From Pelomyxa schiedti (lineage: Eukaryota; Protista; Evosea), in the NCBI GenBank assembly GCA_020536535.1, contig JAHLWZ010000605.1, positions 1-64,000 on the forward strand: a stretch of 64,000 nucleotides of DNA, written 5' to 3'. Positions 1-9,978 of this stretch are shown here, piece after piece. The notes under the pieces were generated by a model. It was not told the origin of the DNA. It was given only the letters and a program-made list of their open reading frames with translations, and did no database searches. The position numbers and the translations under genes are program-made. How positions within the stretch are numbered: position 1 is the first letter of the stretch; each line of letters starts with the position of its first letter.

Positions 1-320
1 GCTTCAGCTTGCAGGAAAGACATCAGCAACTGCACGAAAGAAAGCCATAACTGACTGGGCTACACGAACTGGAAACATTGAAACTACAAAAAAGGCTGTG
101 GCTCTTATCAAAAAAAGGCAATCCCAAGCTGTACCTCAGCCCCAACCACGTAAACACAAACCTTCATCCTCACAGGCAGCACCAATTCCAAAGGAGTCTG
201 CCACTGAACCTCTGCCAAAACGACCCCGACAGCAAAAGCCATGAGAAGTCAGTCCGACTTAACAGATTTCGCAGAACGGTACAATCTGTTGAGTGGTGTC
301 AAAAAACGCGGAAATTGGAT

Positions 321-1567
321 TTATTTGAGCCCCAATAATGTGCAGAATGTTGTCTTAGTTGCGGGGTTGTCGAACTTCTTTACATTCCAACTATTTACAA
401 AAGCCGTACCAAAGAGACCATTGAAGAACACTCTGAGCCACCATCTGTTGAATCTCAGTTGTAGATCCACCTTTTCCCGGCTAGCATTGAGCACATCACA
501 GCAGCTATGATATCGGTTGTATTCCTCTACACAGTTAGGTATCTTGGCCTTTATGGGGTCTCCACGTCGGTGTGTGGTATGAGGTTGCACAGTCTCATTG
601 TGCACACCGGAGAGCACATAAACCGGCTTGTGGTCTTTCCAGGTTGTGGCAGCAAAACCAACCCCCTTTGTGGTACATAGTGAGGGATGTTCCCCTTGGA
701 GCTGTGGCAGGTATATGTTCACGCATGTGGCAAAATATATTCAGTAACAATGCTACACCATGTTTTTTTTGCTTGCTTTGTCTTGGGAATTTTTTGGCTT
801 CTCCCCAGTGTTGGTGGCACTGACTTTGGCAAATACACAGACACCATACTGATCAACAGCCATCTTGATCTAAGTGCCACATCGGATGGGTTTCTTTGGA
901 GACCGTTTTTTTGCATGGATGCCTGCACTGTTCCCCTTTAACCATCCCTTCGTCAATGTTTACATGAACTCCAGACACCCACACCTTGTTCACTCGACTT
1001 GTGAAACGCTGGAATTCTCTCTGGAGCTTGAATGCCTTGTCTGTCTTCTCTGCAGCAGAAAATTCTGTGTAGTCATCAAGATGCAAGTACTTTTTCATCT
1101 GATAGAATCGAAATCTGGTCATCCCAGAGGTCTTGACAGCTTGTTGTGCATAAAGCTTGTGATCCCAATATCCAGTGTATACACATGGTAGCCTCACTTG
1201 AGACATGAATAGAAGCACACCAAAGAACTTCTTTACTTCTGCTGAGCTAGTGGGATGCCATGCGTGAGTTAAATGCTGTTTTGCATAGTGATTAGTCTGT
1301 ATGACAATCTGGTCCCACCAAGCCTCTGGCCAAAATAAGCATAGGAGTGCATATGAAGATGATGGAGAGTCGTGCTCATGCAGCCACTTGTGCCACACTT
1401 GTTGCGGTTGTATCAGGGAAAGTGGGCTCCTGTTGGTACATCGTCATGTGTTCCCATGGTGCCACAAGTATTAATTTTTGATCACTGCCAACATCCTCCA
1501 CATCTTCATCCATGACAGATGCCAGACCCTCTTCCGCGTCAGTATACCCACACTCCTCGTCCCCCAT
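321..1567 (-). pseudogene. Decayed piggyBac-family (DDE_Tnp_1_7/PGBD-like) transposase
   Basis: Fragments lie in several frames: 'FWPEAWWDQIVIQTNHYA', 'EVKKFFGVLLFM', 'GMTRFRFYQMKKYLHL', 'VNIDEGMV', 'TWKDHKPVYVLS', 'IPNCVEEYNRYHSCCDVLN...RWWLRVFF'. These are typical piggyBac motifs, broken by frameshifts and stops. Confidence 0.85.
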
Positions 1568-1820
1568 GTCCTTTTAGTGTTTGTTTACTTGATGGCTAGT
1601 AACTTTCCTTTTATCTCCCCACACCACGTAGCTTTTAGCTGTGCAGTGCACAGCCTGCCTAAAAGAGACAAGGATACATCTAACCAACACCGATCCATCG
1701 CGATTCCTCGCGGTTCACTGCGGTTAATACGGAGTTCATCGCGATGCACCGCGATTAAATCAGCTTCCGCGATGGAACTCGATTGTCCCCGGTGATTTAG
1801 GATTTGAGCTAAAGGGTTAA
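321..1820 (-). mobile_element. piggyBac-like element; 5' terminus at 1816 with TTAA target site at 1817-1820; other end not identified
   Basis: The minus strand reads TTAA-CCCTTTAGC (plus strand 'gctaaagggttaa', 1808-1820), the canonical TTAA/CCC piggyBac end, upstream of the transposase. CGCGAT-type subterminal repeats lie at about 1696-1778. Confidence 0.7.
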
Positions 1821-2066
1821 TGGTAACGTTACCATCAGAACAAAGTGTTGTGTGCTCTCTGCCAGAAAGGAAAGAAGCCCGTGTGGCCAAATCGGATCAT
1901 TCGATGAAGCATTCGGGGAGTACTTTCCAGAGCTGAAGGTCATCTGAGAAAGAATTGATGGGTTCTGAGTTGACTTGACTCCCTAAAACAGTTGCCTGCC
2001 TTTTTTTTCCTCTTCTTTCTTCATTTTTGTTTCGTTATTCGATTTTTTTTGGGGGTGGACCGACAC

Positions 2067-4519
2067 ATGGAGATCTGTCGATGTGGTAGACGTGTGGGTG
2101 TTCTGGTGTCGTTCGTAGTCGGAATCTTGTTGTTGGCAATGAGTGCCAATGGCGAAATTGTCAACCTCCGAGTTCATCGCGAAATTGACATCGGTGCCCA
2201 TTTGGCTGTTCATGCGATGCAACTCGAATTTAAGAACCAGGTTTGTCCGCTTCCTTTGTGGTTTTGTTGTTTTGTGTTTTTTTTTTTTTGGATGCTGAAC
2301 TGAGGCTTTGGAAAGGGTGAAGCTGAGGTGTCTACCTACGATTGTGTCATTCCAGCATCCATCAAGGACAACCTTATCTTTCTGGAGGCCAAGTCCGTGC
2401 CTGAACAAAAACAAGAAGAAAATGCACCCCCTGCGACAAATTTACCCGTTCAGGAGCCTATTGAAGACGAAATGTGTGCTCAAGATTGGTGATGTTAACC
2501 TCATATTTTCAAAAGGAAGAACGCTGTTTACACCATCACACTGGAGCACCCTGTTGCCGCAAATGCTACATGCACTTTGAACATTGTACTGGCCTATTCC
2601 CATTTGTTAACCCCTGTCCCAAAGGAAACCAAGCAAGTACTGTTCCATAACTTCAATGGTAAAATGACAATCAGTTGTAGAATGAGAATCAATTCATCGA
2701 GTACAAGGATAATCACTATTTCTATTCACCTTATTTCACCAACTTGGTGGTTACAAATGTGAAACTGCCTGAAAACTCCAAGTACTCAGTTCCCACAGTA
2801 GTAATGAGATAGTTAAAAATAAATTAGGGCAATTAGACGCACAGACCCCAAACCCTCCCAAGCTGAGGTGACGTTTTCCCGTACCTTAATGTATATGAAT
2901 CAAATTACCAACTAAAAAACAACAGAACAACACAATTATGTACGGCCCATTTGAGGCGATAGCACCCTTCTCATTTGAGGAACTACTAGTTCACTTCCCA
3001 AGCAATGCACTTCTTATCACAGTCACACGGTACCTCATAAAATACTTTTTTCCCTGCTAATCATGGAAGTCTTGAGCGTGATATTGAAGTGTCGCATTGG
3101 GGCAATGTTGCCATTGAAGAACGTTATTGGGTACGCCATGATGGTGCTGAGCTCAAAGGTGCCTTCAGTAGATACGAGTTACAACGAAATTCCAAGGGGT
3201 CTCCTCTAGCCTTCCCCTACTTCCTACTGGTGAACTCAACGTTCATTTTTGGTTTGTGTTCACGGCACCCAAACAGGAACTTCCAAGGGAAGCCTTTGGT
3301 ATCTACTATCGTGACGAAGTTGGTAACATCTCTACGTCAGAGGTGTTGCCCTCTGATACGGGCATTTCACTTCAGCTGGTCCCCAGGTTCCCCCTGTTTG
3401 GCGGGTGGCAAGTCTCTTTCACCGTTGGCTACAACTTGCCACTCTCTTCAGTTGTCCGAAAGAGCAGTTCTTCAATGGGTTCATACAGACTCGAATCTCA
3501 TATGCTTTCAAACATCCAACTCGTGGTGGTGGACCATGTTGTGACAAATGTTATTTTGCCTGAGGGTTCATCGTAAGTATCTTCTTTCTGAGGCGGAACA
3601 TTCTGAAACCAATACAGACAACCTGTTGCTAAAACGTCTGTGAAGTCACTTCTACACAATGTGTCATATCATAAATCATATCTTGACACTGTCGGAAGAC
3701 CAGTACTGACTGCTGAAGCTCATAATATTTATCCTCAGTATGGAGCAAGTGTCATCCAGGTCAGTTTTTTTGGTCTATGACATCCACAAATGTTTATTCT
3801 GTTAGGTTGATTACCGGTTCTCAAAAATAGCAATGCTCCAAGAGCCACTGTTACTCATGGCTGGATTCTTTACTCTGTTTGTATTTATCATGGCACTTTC
3901 TCGTTTGGATTTCCGAGTTTCTAAGTGGGCAATTACCCAAACACCGTTATGAGAACTTTCTTATGTGGTTTTCCGCAGTGTTTCCATTGTCGACAAAGAT
4001 ACACTGACTGAAAAGTGTTTGCAAGAGTTTTATGTATTGTGTGACGCCTTCGACTCTCTCTCTGCAAGTGTTGTTGCCAGTTCACAACAGTATTCTCCAC
4101 CTATATGTTCATAGGATTTTAACTTGTTGAAAGACCCGACTCCAAGGACACCAAACAAAAGTTCAGTTCCGAACTCTCTGATACTCTCTCTAGAATGGAA
4201 AAGGTTCTTTTTTTTTTTTCTTTGTTCTGTTACCCACCGGCAAGTAGATTTTGAGCAAGGTTGCCCTTCATGACAGACATCTTGCCAACCACATTAGGGA
4301 AGTTGTAGCCAAGGTTTAGTCACTTTATTGGTTGTTCCTGCTAACCTTTCCACAGCAAAAAGAGAGGAAAACTGCACTTGAGTTTGTGGCCTCTTCCAAG
4401 GTTGCCGGCCCGTAGCTTTAAATGTTCTAAAACAACTATAGGGTCGTGCAACAACGAAGAAGCAATTGCAAAAGATTGAAGCGGAAGTCAGCCAGCGACT
4501 GTCGACTATTTTCTCATGA
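2067..4519 (+). CDS. RPN1: Ribophorin I / oligosaccharyltransferase subunit 1 (multi-exon)
   Basis: Signal peptide '[29 protein letters not shown]', then '[15 protein letters not shown]', 'GAFSRYE', '[13 protein letters not shown]', '[10 protein letters not shown]' and 'VILPEGS'. A TM segment near 3840-3900 and the end '...RLSTIFS*'. Confidence 0.93.
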
Positions 4520-4594
4520 AAAAAACAAATAAAATAAAAATAAAAACAAACAGAGTTATTATCCATTTTGTTCTTTTGAAGAGTGTACAAGTTT

Positions 4595-5062
4595 CTAATG
4601 TCGTGACTCAATCTCTTCACTTGATAGGAAGTAAAGAGGGTGTCTTCTGAAAATCGGCCACGAAGGTACACAAACCTAGGGAAAAAAAGTGAGACTGTGC
4701 AAAAAAAGGGGAATACGAGAGTGAAGAACGCACGAGGAGTGATACTGCAAGGCCCACAAGCACAACAAAAATGGTGAGTCTGAAATCTTGCTGGAAGAAT
4801 CCTGCCAGCCAGCCAACCACCTTGCCAACGTAAGTAACAATGCCAAATCCACGTGCTTCAATGGCACACAACAACAGAAAAATTGCAGGGAAAAATGCGG
4901 AGGGTCAACTGAAAAAAAAAAAGTCTGGCTTGGTTGGGGTTGTGTTACCCCAAATGATATCAAAATGATCTTGAATATGAATTCGGCTTGCTCCTGGCCC
5001 TTGAAGTCCATTTCTGTCTTCATCAGCCCCGTCCACCACTCGTTTAGCCGACTCACCATCAT
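4595..5062 (-). CDS. SPCS1: Signal peptidase complex subunit 1 (SPC12)
   Basis: 'MDFKGQEQAEFIFKIILISFG', 'VVGWLAGFFQQDFRLTIFVVLVGLAVSLL', and last exon 'VCVPSWPIFRRHPLYFL...*'. Confidence 0.88.
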
Positions 5063-5318
5063 TTTTTTGATGATTATGGAAACACCCTACCTTCTTCTGG
5101 CTGTGAGATTCATTGCCCGATGCGTATCATCCAGGTGATTAGTGGCAAAATCTTAGACAACTGGACCTTCTGGGGTCTCCTTTTCGTTCGCCTTTCCTCC
5201 TCTGGTCCAAGAATAGCTGCAATTGCGGTTACATGCCAAACGAAAATCTTCCACTTAATTCTGAGAGAAAAACTGATCTTGGGCATTTTTGATAAAAAAA
5301 AAAGGGAAAGTCAGTTAG

Positions 5319-6307
5319 ATGGCGGACGACGACTACCCCATCGAAGCGTGATCTGGGCGGAACTGCGACAGCTCGCGGCCTCTTCTGGAGGACACCAAGA
5401 AGCCTACATCTGTCGCCGTTGTTGTTGCCGAGGCCCCGCCAGCAGTAGAAGAAGAGGCTGCGGCTGTTGAGGAGAAAGTGAAACAAGCGTCTGTCGGACA
5501 GCCCATGTCTTCCAGTGACAAGAAGGGCATCATTGTTTCTATTCTCACTTTGTGCCTGTCCATCCCTGCTCTGGTAAATTCCCTCTAGTTCGAGATCCGT
5601 CGTTTCTAAGATCTGTGTTTCAGGTGGGCAGCTGATGTTGGCCTCTACTCGTACGCCTTATTCCTTCCGTTTTGTTTGCGGTGTAACCGTAACTCAAAAC
5701 AGGTCTGCACGGCACTGGGGATTGCTTCCTCAGCTGCAGCGGACGAGTTTGCCCATGCTCTCACTTTCGGATTTACGCTGGGTAACTCAAACAAAGCTCT
5801 GCGCTGTAATCTAACAAGTGTCTAGCCCTCCTCACAGGAATCGCACAGTTCGTTTTTTGGAAGGCGTCGGCAAGAAAGTTGGGATCCCACCTCACTCGCT
5901 ATGGCCCTTTTTACTTGTGCTGCATCTCCGTACCCCTCGTGATGGCGGATCTCACCAGACACGTTCTACAGGACTCTGGAATTTGGCCGGCTCCTTATTC
6001 TAACCAATACCGGTATGTTAGAGTGTATTCCTCATTAATGCTAACATCCGTACAGCCCAGGCTGCGACTCCGAAAATGTGACATGCCTGTCAGCAATTGG
6101 GTGGTTCTTCACGATTTTCTGTACTTGGAGTGGCTATGTACACACCCACTCTTAAATGCTTTCCCTTCACAGTTCCTTATGTATTAACCTTTCGTCTTTC
6201 TCTTCTCAACATAGACTTGCCTCATTTGGGGTGTTTTGTGGCTCGCTCAAATACACCTCAAAGTCGCTCTGATCTACAGGAAAATCAAGAACAAACCAAT
6301 GAACTAG
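5319..6307 (+). CDS. Membrane selenoprotein (MSP-like), with in-frame UGA read as Sec at 5633-5635 and possibly at 5349-5351
   Basis: The spliced reading is ...DKKGIIVSILTLCLSIPAL|VGS(UGA)CWPLL|VCTALGIASSAAADEFAHALTFGFTL|ALLTGIAQFVFWK...RYGPFYLCCISVPLVMADLTRHVLQDSGIW...QYR|PGCDSENVTCLSAIGWFFTIFCTWSGY|TCLIWGVLWLAQIHLK...KPMN*. All introns are GT-AG, and a SECIS-like hairpin follows the stop. The MSP family match is from my recollection, not a search. Confidence 0.85.
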
Positions 6308-6399
6308 AGCCCGCTCTATTTCATTTGGTGACAAGGTGGCGTTACCGGGTAGGGAGTGGAACACCTGGGCGTGTGGTGCCGGTTATCTCTGGGGAGTTT

Positions 6400-6476
6400 G
6401 GAAGCTGTGGAAAGTGATGCGGGGAGGTGGTAAATCCACCTATGGACACCCTCCTTGCTGATGATGAGCTGCTTTC
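6400..6476 (+). promoter_or_regulatory. Eukaryotic SECIS element (type II, GUGA variant)
   Basis: G-UGAU (6414-6418), then a stem GCGGGGAGGUG pairing with CACCCUCCUUGC, unpaired AAA (6432-6434), a mini-stem UCCA/UGGA closing CCUA, and 3' UGAU (6459-6462) forming the tandem G.A quartet. It sits about 105 nt downstream of the stop. Confidence 0.85.
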
Positions 6477-6674
6477 TTCTCTCCTCTGTGGCTGTTGTGC
6501 CACTTCACCCACGATGTACCCTCTTTGCCCTTTTAACAACCACCCGTTTCTGTGTTGTTTGCTTTTTTTAAAAAAAAAAAATCTGGCTGGAACGCTCCCT
6601 TTTCTTCACCAAATTGGAAAAACCCCACGGAACGACCGAAACGGTACCACCAGTAAACAAAAGAAGAACCAAAA

Positions 6675-9600
6675 ATGAGCACAGCCGCCGCACCCCCTGC
6701 GGCCACAACGACCACAACGGCTACTACTAGTACGACGAGTACGAGTAGCAGCAGCGGGGGCACGGGCACGGGGAGGGCCAGGGAGCCGGCGTGGGGGGGA
6801 GCGTGGGACGAGGACGACGACCCGGCGGTGGCGACGGAGAAGCTAAGAGCGTTTAGGGAGGAGCTCCTGGCAAAGGACCCTCGCACTACTAAAACTCTGC
6901 AGAGTAATTTTGTTTGTTTGTTTTTATTATCTTGTATTTTTTTTTTTTTTCTTTTATGTCGGCCGTTTTTTTATTTGAAGTTGCACTAATAATGGAAAGA
7001 GGATGAGCAAAAACTCCCTGAGATTCCACCTGAGATATCCAGACTAACAAATTTGGAGGACTTGAGCAGTAATAGCCCCTTTCTCCAAGCTGTTTGATCC
7101 TGAAACTTATTAAATATCTTTTCAGTAAGTTCCAATAATCTTGTGGCACTACCCAAAGAGCTATCCTGTCTCACTCGCCTAAGGGACTTTTGGGGTATGA
7201 TTTACATTTGAAGTGCATTTATTATTTACTGTATTGTAGCCTGCGCCAACTACATCGAGGATATCCCGGAACAAATAAGCGTTCTTACTAGACTGCAAGA
7301 GATAAATTGTGTGAAGCTGTTCCAGGTTTCACGCTTTAACTTTTTACAGTGGGAGGAAACAAGTTAACTGCAATCCCGAGTTGCATTTCCTGCCTCACTC
7401 GATTGGAGAAACTATGGTGTATGTTCTACCTCCTGTTGCCAAAAAAAAAAACTGAAATTCGACCTTACAGTATGGAATAATTCTATTACTGAAATACCGA
7501 ATCATCTTAGTTGTCTCGTCAGACTGGAGACTTTAGAAAGTAGTTGACATTGGGAAAAAACCTCGCCTCACTAATAAAAAGTATATGGGAATTCTCTGAC
7601 ACGAATTTCTTCTGGAATATCGTCATTAACAGCCCTTGAGGAGTTAATATGTATATCTTCCCATTTTATGAGGTCACTCACAAGGTCAAGTGAATGACAA
7701 CAAGTTGACAAAATTACCAGAGGAGATCTCCGGTCTGACAAAACTCAAACATCTGTCATGTATGGGGAAAAAAAAAAAAAACCAAGTCCAATAAACTCTT
7801 CCAACTTCACAGTATATGGAAATGCCCTCCAATCCCTGCCTAATAGCATTAGTCGCCTTACATCTCTGAGGCAGCTACAGTGTATGGAAGTATTCCACCT
7901 CGAGGGTGGATGTGACTATGAATAATCTCCAAACATGATTACAGTGTTTAAGAATCGCCTTCGTGTGTTGCCAATGATGTCTACACTGACTCGTCTGAGA
8001 GAACTTAACCCTGAGAGTACTGGGGATGGCCTCTCAAGTATGCATTACCTTCATTTCTCTGTTTTGATGTAGTCAGTTTGGGAGAATCCATTGCCAAAGG
8101 AAATTCTTCAGTGCAATATACTCTCAGACTTGTGGCGCCTCATTGCTGCCTTACCGGCTACCGAAGAGGTAGGGGTAACACCTGTCATAGCCCCATCTGA
8201 TGCAGAATGCACGTATACAATGTAAGGAACTTGCGCTAATTCTTTCCCTCAGGGCAATTGCGAGATCTGACACAAATTTTGGAAAACTCGAAGCGAGAGC
8301 TGGAAAGCACGAAACGGGAACTAGAACAAGGACGTAGGATCTGCTCTGATCAAGCACGAGAAATCAACAGATTGGACACAAGCAACAACAGACTTAGTAG
8401 CGAAAATAAATCACTTCAAACAGCTCTTGAAACATCAGTCTCTGTCTGTACCAAGTGCGTCAGTATTATGAAAGACATTCATGATAGTGCTCTGCAAACA
8501 GGCATTTACAGACGCTATCAATTACTTCCTTGATAAGTTAAAAAAAAAAAAAAAACCAGGAATCTTTATATCTAAACCTGTACCCGCACCTCCTAGTTTA
8601 CTGAATTTTGTGTGGGCAGGCAAACACAATTCCCCGGAATATGTTCCTGTGGCTGAAAAGCCAGGGGGAGTATCTCCGGGGGCAATATATGAAAAGAAGC
8701 CTACTTGCTTGAAGCCACATCAAGGTTTCAGAATAGATTGTAGAACAACCATTTAAAAATGAATAAATGAAATATAGGAAAGCGTTGGCTGGGGAAAGTT
8801 AGCAATCGCCCTCGCTATACAGTGTATGAGAAAATATCGTCTGATATGCTGCAATTCTTTGGTGTATGTGGCCCTAAGGCACGACTTGCCACTCTTCCAG
8901 TACTGAACCCTTTCACTATGAACCATGAATGGGCAAAGGAGATTGCCAAAACCGAGCCCAAAGCCACTTTCTTTATGTCCAAGTGGATTGACGGTTATAC
9001 TGACATTGGACAACCATTTATTGATGCTATAATAACAACCGGGTCAACTCCAACTGATATCGCAATCAGTTCCGATGGTAGCACCAAATCATTGCCATTA
9101 CGCGGCTTTATGAGGGCCGCAGCCGTCACTAAATTTGTTGCTGACACTGACTTCCTTGGAGGATCCGGCAAAAATGCAGGCTACGTTATACGCAATGAAA
9201 ACGGCAAGCAGTATGCCCAGTTTGTGAAAATTGACACTGGGGAAGCGTTCTCTTTCAGAGATACAACAAATATCGAGAGCGCAAAGAACCTAAGGCATTC
9301 TCAAGACATTTGCATCGCGAACGGAGCTACGAGGAACATTCTTTTCACACAGCTTAACGCAGAGCAGAAAACGGAGTTCCTTCAGACCATGGCCCAGATT
9401 ATAACAGCCCCAGCCTCGGTTTTCGAACTCTTGGTACACCGGGAGGAGAAATTCAAACCGGCATTCCTGGATTCTGAAGTAATTACCCTGACAGACATGC
9501 TGAAAGAGCGGCAGCGCCTTATGATTACCCTGTATGGGCAAGACATTGCAAAGTACCTGGAGGCCCTACAGCTAGCGGCCACTTTACACACGCAAGATAC

Positions 9601-9814
9601 AATCCAAAAGACTGAGGCCAGTCAAAACCTACAGGAAACCATCGACAGCGTCAGAGCCGTACTTGAGAAGGCCATAGCATCAGCAACCACGAGTACGGAT
9701 TCACAACCACCCGTGGCCCCCTCTCCCACAATTCCTCCCAAGGTAGCCACACCACCAACCACTTCTTCGGCTTCGTCTTCGTCTTCCGCAGCTGCCCCTC
9801 CGAAACGGAATTGA
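6675..9814 (+). CDS. Leucine-rich repeat + coiled-coil + atypical PI3/PI4-kinase-like (effector/HipA-like fold) protein
   Basis: LRR exons such as 'NNLVALPKELSCLTRLRDF' and 'NKLTKLPEEISGLTKLKHL', then a coiled coil (8258-8500). Kinase motifs: 'KPGGVSPGAIY', 'KRWLGK', 'YEKISSDMLQFFGVCGPKARL', 'FMSKWI', 'ADTDFLGGSGKNAG', 'FVKIDTGEAF'. Confidence 0.72.
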
Positions 9815-9978
9815 TTGACACCCACTTGAACGACACACTTTTTCCAGCAGCTTCTTTGGCATCCACAAATCAAAAAACCACATTCTAATAATCAAACAAA
9901 AAAAAAAAAAACGGAGCAAAGAACTCCCTCGACTACTCCTTCTTCTTCTTCGAATCATTCCCAAAAAACAAAACAAAG

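Noticed and set aside
6325-6350. Hairpin GGTGAC...GTTACC in the selenoprotein 3' UTR considered as a second SECIS
   Set aside because: It has no 3' GA partner or apical AA at the right spacing, and it is too short.
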